From an uncultured Chlamydiae bacterium (GTDB lineage: Bacteria > Chlamydiota > Chlamydiia > Chlamydiales > SM23-39), in assembly GCA_963730605.1 (NCBI GenBank), contig CAVSSM010000001.1, positions 673,987 through 737,986 of the forward strand: a stretch of DNA of 64,000 bases, written 5' to 3'. The notes beneath the pieces are model-generated. The model was not told where the DNA came from. It saw only the letters and a list, made by a program, of their open reading frames with translations, and did not search any database. Of this stretch, positions 40,612-52,614 are shown one piece after another (position 1 is the first letter of the stretch; the number at the start of each line of letters is the position of its first letter). Both the position numbers and the translations under genes were made by a program.

Positions 40612-42185
40612 ATGGAACTGAGCTTGCTCCAAAAGAAACGACTCTCTTACAAGCCCATCACGCCTGAGATCCTTCAGAATTTGAACGAGGTTGTTTTAAA
40701 GAGAATCGAAAGATGGCAAAAAGGGGGATGAGGCGCTCCGAAATCTCTTCCCAAAAACGTTCGACGCCTATCCCTTCGTTTTGGAAAAAGGCATAAGGGT
40801 AAGGCGGCCTCTTAAAATCGGCGCACTTTTTTCCAGGGGACAAGCCCCTGGAGGCCATAACGTCCTTGCAGGCTTATTTCATGGAATCAAAGAGATCGAT
40901 CCGCTCTCGCAACTCTTCGGTTTTTTGAATGGGCCCGCGGGGGTTGTGGGCAACCTGAAGCGTGACATCGGAGAAAAAGAGATCGCCGCCTTCATGAATC
41001 TGGGCGGTTTCGATCTTATCGGAACGGGACTGGCTAAAATCGAGACGGGGGAGCAGCTCGCAGCAGCATTGAGTTCCGTCAAGAAAATCGATTTGGATGG
41101 GCTGGTCATTATCGGCGGCGACGATTCGAATACGAACGCGGCCCTGCTCGCGGAATATTTCATGCAAAAGGGGTGCAAGACCCGGGTGATCGGGGTGCCG
41201 AAAACGATCGACGGGGATTTGAGAAGCAAAGACATCGAAATCCCATTCGGGTTCGATTCGGCGTGCAAAACTTATTCCGAGCTCATTGGCAACATCGCGA
41301 AAGACGCCCTCTCGGGCAAAAAATACTACCACTTCATCAAATTGATGGGCAGGTCGGCCTCTCACATCACATTAGAGTGCGCAATATCCACCCATCCCAA
41401 TCTCGCGCTCGTCGGAGAGGAGAGGAAAGGGCTTGGCGCAATCGTTTTGGAAATCGCTGATCTGATTTGCAAAAGGTATCAAAGCGGGCAAAGAATATGG
41501 CGTCATCCTGATCCCCGAAGGGCTGATCGAGTTCATCCCGGAGATGCAGTCCTTGATTGCGTCATTGAACTGAGGCGTCGGAAACAACTCGCAGGAGCTT
41601 CTAGGGAGTGCGGAAAAAGCAATCTTTGAAGCCTTGGATGAAATAATCCATGAAACAGCTACTCTTTGACCGCGACTCCCACGGCAATGTCCAGCTCTCG
41701 CAAATCGATACTCAGATTATCCTTATAGCGCTTGTGAAAAAAGAGCTGAAAGGGGCGGTCGAAATACAAAGGAAAATTCGCAGCCCAGGAGCACTTTTTC
41801 GGATACGAAGGCAGGTCTTCTCTTTCCAACGAATTTCGATGCGAATTATTGTACTTGCTTAGGCCGTCTCTCGGCTCTCGCGGTGCGAGATGGGATAACC
41901 GGTAGCATTTGCGGGGTCCAACATCTGAAATAGCATCCCATGCACTGGAAGCTGAAAATGGTTCTGATCGTCCGCCTGATGCACATGGAAAGGAGATTGG
42001 GCAAAGAAAAGCCGGTGATTCAAAAAACGGTCGTCGATCTCAAAGGCTCTCCTTTTTTGACGTTCGCAGCCGCAAGGAAAAAGTGGGAGATCCAAGACGA
42101 CTACCGCTATCCCGGCCCCATTCAGTTTTTTGGAGAATCTGAGATCACCGACGCCCCGCCCATCACGCTCTCCTTAGGACCCTGA
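40612..42185 (+). pseudogene. pfp: PPi-dependent phosphofructokinase, frameshifted mirror copy
   Basis: Mirror of 50930-52498. Confidence 0.8.
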
Positions 42186-43572
42186 TGCACCAGGTCGATC
42201 TTTTTCCAGGCTCCATTTTTGAACCTTGCCAGATAGACCAAGAAAAGAAGGGTCGCATAGGCCACTTTCAACCCCCAAGCGTATTCTACGGGGAGAGCGT
42301 TTTTCACTACGATGAAGTAAACCGGGATGAGAAGAAAGATCCACACTGAAAACGATCCGAAGAAAAAGGAGAAAGAGAGTATCGCCCGCGGCGGTCAAAA
42401 GGCCGCTCAAAAGCCAACGGAGTCCATCGAAAAAGATATAGAGGAAAGCAAGGGTCATGCAAACCTTCAACGAATGAACTAAGGCAGGATCGACCTCCGA
42501 TGTGATCCTTCCCGCTTCTATTTCAGCGAAAAACAAAAAATCCTGCGGTATCGACCGGATCGAAAACGAGGAAGGCCGATGTCGCGAGAAAAAATAAAAG
42601 GAGGAGGATCAATCCTGATTTTAGAACGTTATTTACGAGCTCATGCCGTCTCGAGCCGATGAAATTCCCGGCGATTGCAGCCGCGCCTCTAGAGAGCCCG
42701 TCAAAGAAAAAAGAAAGTAAGATGGCAAAGCTTTGGCAGATGCTCGAAATAGTAATATGTTTATCGCTCAAATAGGTCATGAGCCCATAGAAAACAGCCC
42801 ATCCGATCACTTCGAGCGTGCAAAAGAGCCCCTGAGGCACGCCCACTCTTAAGCACTTGGCCATCTCTTGGCCATTGAAGCGCCAGTTCCAGGTCCCAAA
42901 AGATTCCCGGTTCTCTTTTCGTAAGAATAGATAGAGGAGGACAGCCGACTCCAGAAGATACCCGCAGCAGGTGGCGATCGCGGCACCCTTGATTCCCATT
43001 TCCGGCACCCATCCTTCGATGCCGAAGATGAGAACCCAGTCCAGCAAAATATTGATTCCGTTGGCAATCACGGCAAGCCAAATCATCACTTTTGTTTTTC
43101 CCCGGCCGATGAAGAATCCGGCAAATGCGGTCACCAAGGCATAGCCCGGCGCGAAGAGCATGAGATATCGAAAATAGACAATTTCCATCTCTGCATTTGG
43201 ATTTCCATTGAAAAAAATAGGAACGCCCCAGATCGCTAAAGGAATAAAGATGAGAAGGGAAAAACCAGAAAACCAGATCATTTGCCAGACAGTGGTCCCG
43301 ATCCGCTTGAAAAGTTTTGCTCCATTATATTGGGCGACAAACACTTCCGACATCGCAGTGATCATCCCGATCCCGGAAATAAACGCCCAAGCGAGAGTCC
43401 CCGCGTTCACGGACGCGTTCAAGGCTTCAATCGAATAATGAGCCAGAAAGATCCTGTCCGTGAAGATCATGAAAAGCATCGCGAGGGTGGAGATCATCAA
43501 AGGAGATGAAATCGCCCATAGTTCACGGATGCTTCCTTCAGGGTAGCGGGTCATGCTGGCAAGCGTAGACAT
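42122..43572 (-). pseudogene. MATE transporter, frameshifted mirror copy
   Basis: Mirror of 49545-50993 with homopolymer indels. Confidence 0.8.
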
Positions 43573-43860
43573 GAAATACTCAAATAGTTGATTGCGCCGT
43601 GCGCGACTTTTCGAGCGGCCTAGCCACTTGAAAAAATAACATACAGTCAAAAAACTATTTGGCTTCTTAACCAAGAAATAGTGAGAACTGTATATCGATC
43701 GACGATCTTATCATAACCGTGTTTTGTCTGGTAGACGATCAACTGTTAAAGACCACTAGGCCCTCAGATAGTGAGGTTATCACCTAAAATGTTGTGTGAT
43801 AGGGAGTCTATTGGCATAACCCTTTGTCTTTGAATAACAAAGATATTGAACAAAGAGGAG

Positions 43861-43889
43861 TTGAAAATTTATGATTCTTCTGTTACAAT
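43861..43889 (+). promoter_or_regulatory. sigma66/sigma70-type promoter
   Basis: TTGAAA-17 bp-TACAAT upstream of AGGAG RBS and GTG at 43923. Confidence 0.55.
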
Positions 43890-43922
43890 GCCTCCATCTT
43901 AGGAATTGTAACAGGAGTAAGC

Positions 43923-44690
43923 GTGGCAAGCATAACGTCAGCTAAAAATTACGATAATCGATTTCAGTCCTCTGTCCATAGGAATACGAGAATTACCCAC
44001 CCAGGACAAAAGCGGTCTCTAGAAGACGAGCAAAATTCGAAGAGTTTGAGCAGTAGAGTCAACGCTCTTTCTACAAAGATACCATCGCCCTCACGAATGC
44101 CTACGTCCTCATCAACTTCATCGCCAACGCCGTCCCTAATTCCATCTCCCTTGCATAAGGTTGACGGGGAATTGATAGGTAGTGCGACACCTCCAATCCC
44201 GCCGTCTATATCACCGATAGCTCCAACACCCGCTTCAACGCCGGAGAAGACCAAGCCTTCCCCAACTCCGGTTGAGCCAGCAAAAGAAAATGTCATGGCT
44301 AGGCTTCGAGAATGCCTGGCTCTGGCTGCGCTCAAAGAATCCCAGAATCCATTACAAGCCTGCAAGGCTCTGTTTCAAGAAAGTGAGAGTACGTTTCAAA
44401 CACTCGAGGCTGCTGTCCAAGAATGCCAGGCTATCTCACAAAACTGGAAGGCTCTGTTTCAAAAAAGTCAGAGTATGTTTCAAACACTCAAGGTTGCTGT
44501 CGCTGCTGTCCAAAAATGCGAGGCTACCTCACAAAACTGGAAGGCTCTGTTTGAAAAACTCGAAGCTGCTGTCCAAGAACGCGAGGCTAGCCTTGAAAAG
44601 GCCTCTACTGTGGTAATTTTAACGGTGGTAGCTGGTTTTCTTCTTATAGGCCTAGTTACCACCCTCCCATATGTGCACAGCATGCGTTGA
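43923..44690 (+). CDS. Pro/Ser-rich coiled-coil protein with C-terminal TM (tail-anchored effector-like)
   Basis: Repeats of QNWKALFQKS..FQTL.AAVQ.C.A.S; C-terminal hydrophobic helix. Confidence 0.65.
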   Translation: MASITSAKNYDNRFQSSVHRNTRITHPGQKRSLEDEQNSKSLSSRVNALSTKIPSPSRMPTSSSTSSPTPSLIPSPLHKVDGELIGSATPPIPPSISPIAPTPASTPEKTKPSPTPVEPAKENVMARLRECLALAALKESQNPLQACKALFQESESTFQTLEAAVQECQAISQNWKALFQKSQSMFQTLKVAVAAVQKCEATSQNWKALFEKLEAAVQEREASLEKASTVVILTVVAGFLLIGLVTTLPYVHSMR

Positions 44691-45005
44691 CGTTTCATCT
44701 CCATTTGCCACTGTGCTTGTCAAAGCTACAGGCGCCCATTCCCATCTAGTGGGTAAGGGATTGGCGCAATCTAATTCCTTACCGATGACCAGTAGATGAG
44801 TAGTAGGCAGTGGCATTGTCTCCCCGTCCCTCCGGGAAAAAACCATCGGCGGCTAGCTGCTCCCACTCTAACAAACCTGCGAGACCTGCTGTTTTCAAGC
44901 AAGGCTTGCAGTAACTTGTCCAATATTTTCAAAAGCAAACGATTCAATCTAAATTTATTGCATCAAATGCTTGTCGATAAAAGAAAAGTCTTTATTTTGC
45001 GGACT

Positions 45006-45946
45006 ATGGGCCACCGTTATTCTAACCCCCACCGCCATGCTCCGCGCCGCAGTCTTTGGGATCTTTTTCTCTGGAAGACGGGGAGATATGACGGTCCAGC
45101 GCCCCGGCTTTCTCCTGCCGCGGACTTCACGTATCCGGGCTTGCCTTCCCAGTTCGAGAGGCAATTGCCGGCTGCTCTCTGGATCGGCCACTCGACTTTT
45201 CTCATTGAGTTGGAAGGGCTTTCCATACTCACCGATCCCGTTTGGGACACTTATTGCTCTCCGATCCTGTTTAAAACCTTCAAGGCGGCACGATCCGCCG
45301 ATTTCCCTTTCCTATCTTCCCCACATCGATTGCGTGCTCATCAGCTCACAACCACTACGATCATCTCGACGGCAAAACCGTCCGGCCCCTAAATTCCTTC
45401 GATCCAGAAATTCGATGGATCGTACCGCTTGGCCTTTCCCGTTGGTTTCTCTCTCGAGGCATTCGGAGGGTCGATGAGATCGATTGGTGGAAATCCTCGA
45501 GAGTAGGGCCAGCGACGATCACCGCCGTGCCAGCGCAGCATTGTTCAGGCCGCTCCCTCTTTGACCAGAACCGGACGTTTTGGAACGGATATGTTTTCGA
45601 GATGAAAGAAAAACGGTTCTATTTTAGCGGCGACACTGGTTATAACCATTACGATTTCAAACGGATCGGCGAAAGGTGGCCCCACATGGACTTGGGGTTG
45701 ATCCCGATCGGCACCTATGTTCCGCAAAAATTCATGCAGCCGGTCCATTGCAGCCCCATGGAAGCGGTAGAAATCCACATGGACGTGAAATCCCGTTTCA
45801 GCTTGGGGATGCATTGGAAAACGTTTCGCCTCTCCGATGAGCCGATGGACCGCCCTCCCTATGATTTATACCTTGCGATGAGCGCAAAAAAACTCTCCTA
45901 TGATACATTTCTGCCCATCGATCCGGGCGTGTATGTCAATTGGTGA
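45006..45946 (+). pseudogene. MBL-fold hydrolase, frameshifted mirror copy
   Basis: Mirror of 47171-48112. Confidence 0.75.
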
Positions 45947-46557
45947 ATTGATCAAGATCAAAAAGGCGAACTTTCGATTCCAGAGAGAAACGGTCCGCCT
46001 TTATTACCGGAAGAGCTGGCGCTTTGCCCTCTCCGATTTGGCCCTTGGATCTTGCGACCCTCTTTTTCAACCCCTACCGAATCTGCCGAAAAAAGGGACC
46101 ACCTACGGAGAGACCCCTCCCTCCTCCTTGCATCGGATCGCCTCATTCTGCTCGCTCTCCTCCAATGACAGCTATCTCGAGCTCGGATCAGGTAGGGGAA
46201 AAGGGTGTATTTGGATCTCTCAATTTGTCGGGTGCCGCGCCATCGGCGTTGAGAAAGTTCCCCTGTTTTTTCATCTTTCTCGAGGAACCTCGGCCCTTTT
46301 TGGTTTTAAGCGTGTCACATTCATTAAAGCCGATATGGCGGAGGCCGATTTTTCAGGGGCGAGCTGCGTCTACCTTTACAGCACTTGCATGGGCGAAGAG
46401 GAGCTCTCCCGCCTTACTCAAAAAATGGCGGGCTTGCCCCAAGGTGCAAAAGTCGTTTCTGTCAGCGCCCCAATGCCCGAAACGCCCCACCTTGCCCTCC
46501 GAGGGTCGTTCCCCCTTTCTTTTCCTAGGGGAGAGGCGGAAGAGTATCCTAAATGTG
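45933..46557 (+). pseudogene. class I SAM-dependent methyltransferase cut at the palindrome centre
   Basis: ELGSGRG motif I, VYLYSTC; indels; reads into the fold point. Confidence 0.7.
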
Positions 46558-47184
46558 CACATGCAAGATACCCTTCCGCCTCTCCCCAAGGAAAAGAAAG
46601 GAGGGAACGACCCTCGGAGGGCAAGGTGGGGCGTTTCGGGCATTGGGGCGCTGACAGAAACGACTTTTGCACCTTGGGGCAAGCCCGCCATTTTTTGAGT
46701 AAGGCGGGAGAGCTCCTCTTCGCCCATGCAAGTGCTGTAAAGGTAGACGCAGCTCGCCCCTGAAAAATCGGCCTCCGCCATATCGGCTTTAATGAATGTG
46801 ACACGCTTAAAACCAAAAAGGGCCGAGGTTCCTCGAGAAAGATGTAAAAACAGGGGAACTTTCTCAACGCCGATGGCGCGGCACCCGACAAATTGAGAGA
46901 TCCTAACAGACCCTTTTCCCCTACCTGATCCGAGCTCGAGATAGCTGTCATTGGAGGAGAGCGAGCAGAATGAGGCGATCCGATGCAAGGAGGAGGGAGG
47001 GGTCTCTCCGTAGGTGGTCCCTTTTTTTTCGGCAGATTCGGTAGGGGTTGAAAAAGAGGGTCGCAAATCCAAGGGCCAAATCGGAGAGGGCAAAGCGCCA
47101 GCTCTTCCGGGTAATAAAGGCGGACCGTTTCTCTCGGAATCCAAAGTTCGCCTTTTTGATCTTGATCAATTCACCAATTGACAT
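46558..47184 (-). pseudogene. class I SAM-dependent methyltransferase, mirror copy cut at the centre
   Basis: ELGSGRG motif; indels. Confidence 0.7.
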
Positions 47185-48112
47185 ACACGCCCGGATCGAT
47201 GGGCAGAAATGTATCATAGGAGAGTTTTTTTGTGCTCATCGCAAGGTATAAATCATAGGGAGGGCGGTCCATCGGCTCATCGGAGAGGCGAAACGTTTTC
47301 CAATGCATCCCCAAGCTGAAACGGGATTTCACGTCCATGTGGATTTCTACCGCTTCCATGGGGCTGCAATGGACCGGCTGCATGAATTTTTGCGGAACAT
47401 AGGTGCCGATCGGGATCAACCCCAAGTCCATGTGGGGCCACCTTTCGCCGATCCGTTTGAAATCGTAATGGTTATAACCAGTGTCGCCGCTAAAATAGAA
47501 CCGTTTTTCTTTCATCTCGAAAACATATCCGTTCCAAAACGTCCGGTTCTGGTCAAAGAGGGAGCGGCCTGAACAATGCTGCGCTGGCACGGCGGTGATC
47601 GTCGCTGGCCCTACTCTCGAGGATTTCCACCAATCGATCTCATCGACCCTCCGAATGCCTCGAGAGAGAAACCAACGGGAAAGGCCAAGCGGTACGATCC
47701 ATCGAATTTCTGGATGGAAGGAATTTAGGTGCAGGACGGTTTTGCCGTCGAGATGATCGTAGTGGTTGTGGCTGATGAGCACGCAATCGATGTGGGGAAG
47801 ATCGGAAAGGGAAATCGGCGGATCGTGCCGCCTTTTGAAGGTTTTAAACGGGATCGGAGAGCAATAAGTGTCCCAAACGGGATCGGTGAGTATGGAAAGC
47901 CCTTCCAACTCAATGAGAAAAGTCGAGTGGCCGATCCAGAGAGCAGCCGGCAATTGCCTCTCGAACTGGGAAGGCAAGCCCGGATACGTGAAGTCCGCGG
48001 CAGGAGAAAGCCGGGGCACTGGATCGTCATATCTCCCCGTCTTCCAGAGAAAAAGATCCCAAAGACTGCGGCGCGGAGCATGGCGGTGGGGGTTAGAATA
48101 ACGGTGGCCCAT
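47171..48112 (-). CDS. MBL-fold metallo-hydrolase (RomA/NAPE-PLD-like)
   Basis: WIGHST, ISHNHYDHLD, PAQHCSGR, GDTGY, GMHW. Confidence 0.88.
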   Translation of the reverse strand: MGHRYSNPHRHAPRRSLWDLFLWKTGRYDDPVPRLSPAADFTYPGLPSQFERQLPAALWIGHSTFLIELEGLSILTDPVWDTYCSPIPFKTFKRRHDPPISLSDLPHIDCVLISHNHYDHLDGKTVLHLNSFHPEIRWIVPLGLSRWFLSRGIRRVDEIDWWKSSRVGPATITAVPAQHCSGRSLFDQNRTFWNGYVFEMKEKRFYFSGDTGYNHYDFKRIGERWPHMDLGLIPIGTYVPQKFMQPVHCSPMEAVEIHMDVKSRFSLGMHWKTFRLSDEPMDRPPYDLYLAMSTKKLSYDTFLPIDPGVYVNW

Positions 48113-48327
48113 AGTCCGCAAAATAAAGACTTTTCTTTTATCGACAAGCATTTGATGCAATAAATTTAGATTGAATCGTTTGCTTTTGAAAATATTGGAC
48201 AAGTTACTGCAAGCCTTGCTTGAAAACAGCAGGTCTCGCAGGTTTGTTAGAGTGGGAGCAGCTAGCCGCCGATGGTTTTTTCCCGGAGGGACGGGAGGCG
48301 GTACACTCCCTACTACTCATCTACTGG

Positions 48328-48369
48328 TAGTGGGTAAGGGATTGGATTCCGCCAATCCCTTACCCACTA
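48328..48369. other. perfect 18-bp-stem hairpin downstream of the coiled-coil gene
   Basis: tagtgggtaagggattgg-attccg-ccaatcccttacccacta; garbled in the left arm (~44748-44790). Confidence 0.6.
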
Positions 48370-48425
48370 GATGGGAATGGGCGCCTGTAGCTTTGACAAG
48401 CACAGTGGCAAATGGAGATGAAACG

Positions 48426-49194
48426 TCAACGCATGCTGTGCACATATGGGAGGGTGGTAACTAGGCCTATAAGAAGAAAACCAGCTACCACCGTTAAAAT
48501 TACCACAGTAGAGGCCTTTTCAAGGCTAGCCTCGCGTTCTTGGACAGCAGCTTCGAGTTTTTCAAACAGAGCCTTCCAGTTTTGTGAGATAGCCTCGCAT
48601 TTTTGGACAGCAGCGACAGCAACCTTGAGTGTTTGAAACATACTCTGACTTTTTTGAAACAGAGCCTTCCAGTTTTGTGAGATAGCCTGGCATTCTTGGA
48701 CAGCAGCCTCGAGTGTTTGAAACGTACTCTCACTTTCTTGAAACAGAGCCTTGCAGGCTTGTAATGGATTCTGGGATTCTTTGAGCGCAGCCAGAGCCAG
48801 GCATTCTCGAAGCCTAGCCATGACATTTTCTTTTGCTGGCTCAACCGGAGTTGGGGAAGGCTTGGTCTTCTCCGGCGTTGAAGCGGGTGTTGGAGCTATC
48901 GGTGATATAGACGGCGGGATTGGAGGTGTCGCACTACCTATCAATTCCCCGTCAACCTTATGCAAGGGAGATGGAATTAGGGACGGCGTTGGCGATGAAG
49001 TTGATGAGGACGTAGGCATTCGTGAGGGCGATGGTATCTTTGTAGAAAGAGCGTTGACTCTACTGCTCAAACTCTTCGAATTTTGCTCGTCTTCTAGAGA
49101 TCCGCTTTTGTCCTGGGTGGTTAATTCTCGTATTCCTATGGACAGAGGACTGAAATCGATTATCGTAATTTTTAGCTGACGTTATGCTTGCCAC
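48426..49194 (-). pseudogene. mirror copy of 43923-44690 with a frameshift near 49100-49125
   Basis: 769 nt vs 768 nt in the left arm. Confidence 0.65.
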
Positions 49195-49544
49195 GCTTAC
49201 TCCTGTTACAATTCCTAAGATGGAGGCATTGTAACAGAAGAATCATAAATTTTCAACTCCTCTTTGTTCAATATCTTTGTTATTCAAAGACAAAGGGTTA
49301 TGCCAATAGACTCCCTATCACACAACATTTTAGGTGATAACCTCACTATCTGAGGGCCTAGTGGTCTTTAACAGTTGATCGTCTACCAGACAAAACACGG
49401 TTATGATAAGATCGTCGATCGATATACAGTTCTCACTATTTCTTGGTTAAGAAGCCAAATAGTTTTTTGACTGTATGTTATTTTTTCAAGTGGCTAGGCC
49501 GCTCGAAAAGTCGCGCACGGCGCAATCAACTATTTGAGTATTTC

Positions 49545-50993
49545 ATGTCTACGCTTGCCAGCATGACCCGCTACCCTGAAGGAAGCATCCGTGAACTATG
49601 GGCGATTTCATCTCCTTTGATGATCTCCACCCTCGCGATGCTTTTCATGATCTTCACGGACAGGATCTTTCTGGCTCATTATTCGATTGAAGCCTTGAAC
49701 GCGTCCGTGAACGCGGGGACTCTCGCTTGGGCGTTTATTTCCGGGATCGGGATGATCACTGCGATGTCGGAAGTGTTTGTCGCCCAATATAATGGAGCAA
49801 AACTTTTCAAGCGGATCGGGACCACTGTCTGGCAAATGATCTGGTTTTCTGGTTTTTCCCTTCTCATCTTTATTCCTTTAGCGATCTGGGGCGTTCCTAT
49901 TTTTTTCAATGGAAATCCAAATGCAGAGATGGAAATTGTCTATTTTCGATATCTCATGCTCTTCGCGCCGGGCTATGCCTTGGTGACCGCATTTGCCGGA
50001 TTCTTCATCGGCCGGGGAAAAACAAAAGTGATGATTTGGCTTGCCGTGATTGCCAACGGAATCAATATTTTGCTGGACTGGGTTCTCATCTTCGGCATCG
50101 AAGGATGGGTGCCGGAAATGGGAATAAAGGGTGCCGCGATCGCCACCTGCTGCGGGTATCTTCTGGAGTCGGCTGTCCTCCTCTATCTATTCTTACGAAA
50201 AGAGAACCGGGAATCTTTCGGGACCTGGAACTGGCGCTTCAATGGCCAAGAGATGGCCAAGTGCTTAAGAGTGGGCGTGCCTCAGGGGCTCTTTTGCACG
50301 CTCGAAGTGATCGGATGGGCTGTTTTCTATGGGCTCATGACCTATTTGAGCGATAAACATATTACTATTTCGAGCATCTGCCAAAGCTTTGCCATCTTAC
50401 TTTCTTTTTTCTTTGACGGGCTCTCTAGAGGCGCGGCTGCAATCGCCGGGAATTTCATCGGCTCGAGACGGCATGAGCTCGTAAATAACGTTCTAAAATC
50501 AGGATTGATCCTCCTCCTTTTCTTTCTTCTCGCGACATCGGCCTTCCTCGTTTTCGATCCGGTCGATACCGCAGGATTTTTGTTTTTCGCTGAAATAGAA
50601 GCGGGAAGGATCACATCGGAGGTCGATCCTGCCTTAGTTCATTCGTTGAAGGTTTGCATGACCCTTGCTTTCCTCTATATCTTTTTCGATGGACTCCGTT
50701 GGCTTTTGAGCGGCCTTTTGACCGCCGCGGGCGATACTCTCTTTCTCCTTTTCTTCGGATCGTTTTCAGTGTGGATCTTTCTTCTCATCCCGGTTTACTT
50801 CATCGTAGTGAAAAACGCTCTCCCCGTAGAATACGCTTGGGGGTTGAAAGTGGCCTATGCGACCCTTCTTTTCTTGGTCTATCTGGCAAGGTTCAAAAAT
50901 GGAGCCTGGAAAAAGATCGACCTGGTGCATCAGGGTCCTAAGGAGAGCGTGATGGGCGGGGCGTCGGTGATCTCAGATTCTCCAAAAAACTGA
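49545..50993 (+). CDS. MATE-family efflux transporter
   Basis: Multi-TM pattern, NILLDWVLIFG..PEMGIKGAAIAT. Confidence 0.9.
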   Translation: MSTLASMTRYPEGSIRELWAISSPLMISTLAMLFMIFTDRIFLAHYSIEALNASVNAGTLAWAFISGIGMITAMSEVFVAQYNGAKLFKRIGTTVWQMIWFSGFSLLIFIPLAIWGVPIFFNGNPNAEMEIVYFRYLMLFAPGYALVTAFAGFFIGRGKTKVMIWLAVIANGINILLDWVLIFGIEGWVPEMGIKGAAIATCCGYLLESAVLLYLFLRKENRESFGTWNWRFNGQEMAKCLRVGVPQGLFCTLEVIGWAVFYGLMTYLSDKHITISSICQSFAILLSFFFDGLSRGAAAIAGNFIGSRRHELVNNVLKSGLILLLFFLLATSAFLVFDPVDTAGFLFFAEIEAGRITSEVDPALVHSLKVCMTLAFLYIFFDGLRWLLSGLLTAAGDTLFLLFFGSFSVWIFLLIPVYFIVVKNALPVEYAWGLKVAYATLLFLVYLARFKNGAWKKIDLVHQGPKESVMGGASVISDSPKN

Positions 50994-52498
50994 ATGGGGC
51001 CGGGATAGCGGTAGTCGTCTTGGATCTCCCACTTTTTCCTTGCGGCTGCGAACGTCAAAAAAGGAGAGCCTTTGAGATCGACGACCGTTTTTTGAATCAC
51101 CGGCTTTTCTTTGCCCAATCTCCTTTCCATGTGCATCAGGCGGACGATCGGAACCATTTTCAGCTTCCAGTGCATGGGATGCTCTTTCAGATGTTGGACC
51201 CCGCAAATGCTACCGGTTATCCCATCTCGCACCGCGAGAGCCGAGAGACGGCCTAAGCAAGTACAATAATTCGCATCGAAATTCGTTGGAAAACAGGACC
51301 TGCCTTCGTATCCGAAAAAGTGCTCCTGGGCTGCGAATTTTCCTTTGTATTTCGACCGCCCTTTCAGCTCTTTTTTCACAAGCGCTATAAGGATGATCTG
51401 AGTATCGATTTGCGAGAGCTGGACATTGCCGTGGGGGTCGCGGTCAAGGAGTAGCTGTTTTTGGATTCTTTCATCCAAGGCTTCAAAGATTGCTTTTTCC
51501 GCACTCCCTAGAAGCTCCTGCGAGTTGTTTCCGACGCCTCGGTTCAATGACGCAATCAAGGACTGCATCTCCGGGATGAACTCGATCAGCCCTTCGGGGA
51601 TCAGGATGACGCCATATTCTTTGCCCGCTTCGTACCTTTTGCAAATCAGATCGGCGATTTCCAAAACGATTGCGCCAAGCCCTTTCCTCTCCTCTCCGAC
51701 GAGCGCGAGATTGGGATGGGTGGATATTGCGCACTCTAATGTGATGTGAGAGGCCGACCTGCCCATCAATTTGATGAAGTGGTAGTATTTTTTGCCCGAG
51801 AGGGCGTCTTTCGCGATGTTGCCAATGAGCTCGGAATAAGTTTTGCACGCCGAATCGAACCCGAATGGGATTTCGATGTCTTTGCTTCTCAAATCCCCGT
51901 CGATCGTTTTCGGCACCCCGATCACCCGGGTCTTGCACCCCTTTTGCATGAAATATTCCGCGAGCAGGGCCGCGTTCGTATTCGAATCGTCGCCGCCGAT
52001 AATGACCAGCCCATCCAAATCGATTTTCTTGACGGAACTCAATGCTGCTGCGAGCTGCTCCCCCGTCTCGATTTTCGCCCGTCCCGTTCCGATAAGATCG
52101 AAACCGCCCAGATTCATGAAGGCGGCGATCTCTTTTTCTCCGATGTCACGCTTCAGGTTGCCCACAACCCCCGCGGGCCCATTCAAAAAACCGAAGAGTT
52201 GCGAGAGCGGATCGATCTCTTTGATTCCATGAAATAAGCCTGCAAGGACGTTATGGCCTCCAGGGGCTTGTCCCCCGGAAAAAAGTGCGCCGATTTTAAG
52301 AGGCCGCCTTGCCCCCATGCCTTTTTCCAAAACGAAGGGATAGGCGTCGAACGTTTTTGGGAAGAGATTTCGGAGCGCCTCATCCCCCTTTTTGCCATCT
52401 TTCGATTCTCTTAAAACAACCTCGTTCAAATTCTGAAGGATCTCAGGCGTGATGGGCTTGTAAGAGAGTCGTTTCTTTTGGAGCAAGCTCAGTTCCAT
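50930..52498 (-). CDS. pfp: diphosphate--fructose-6-phosphate 1-phosphotransferase
   Basis: SGGQAPGGHN, GGDDSNT, PKTIDGD, MGRSASH. Confidence 0.93.
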   Translation of the reverse strand: MELSLLQKKRLSYKPITPEILQNLNEVVLRESKDGKKGDEALRNLFPKTFDAYPFVLEKGMGARRPLKIGALFSGGQAPGGHNVLAGLFHGIKEIDPLSQLFGFLNGPAGVVGNLKRDIGEKEIAAFMNLGGFDLIGTGRAKIETGEQLAAALSSVKKIDLDGLVIIGGDDSNTNAALLAEYFMQKGCKTRVIGVPKTIDGDLRSKDIEIPFGFDSACKTYSELIGNIAKDALSGKKYYHFIKLMGRSASHITLECAISTHPNLALVGEERKGLGAIVLEIADLICKRYEAGKEYGVILIPEGLIEFIPEMQSLIASLNRGVGNNSQELLGSAEKAIFEALDERIQKQLLLDRDPHGNVQLSQIDTQIILIALVKKELKGRSKYKGKFAAQEHFFGYEGRSCFPTNFDANYCTCLGRLSALAVRDGITGSICGVQHLKEHPMHWKLKMVPIVRLMHMERRLGKEKPVIQKTVVDLKGSPFLTFAAARKKWEIQDDYRYPGPIQFFGESEITDAPPITLSLGP

Positions 52499-52614
52499 GC
52501 GCTCGATTTTCCATGCCCGCAAGATTGCCCGCAAGCAAAAAGCCAAGGCCTGGGCTGTTGCCCGATAAAGCAATGGGGCGTATGATACAAACATTGTTTG
52601 TGTAGACCGCCAGT

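Noticed and set aside
45900..47144. Long overlapping ORFs crossing the palindrome centre
   Set aside because: They arise from reading into the reverse-complement arm.
34970..47170. Genuine mass pseudogenisation of zwf, pyrG, kdsB and pfp
   Set aside because: Intact copies exist in the mirror arm and the indels are patchy and often in homopolymers; sequencing or polishing error is more likely.
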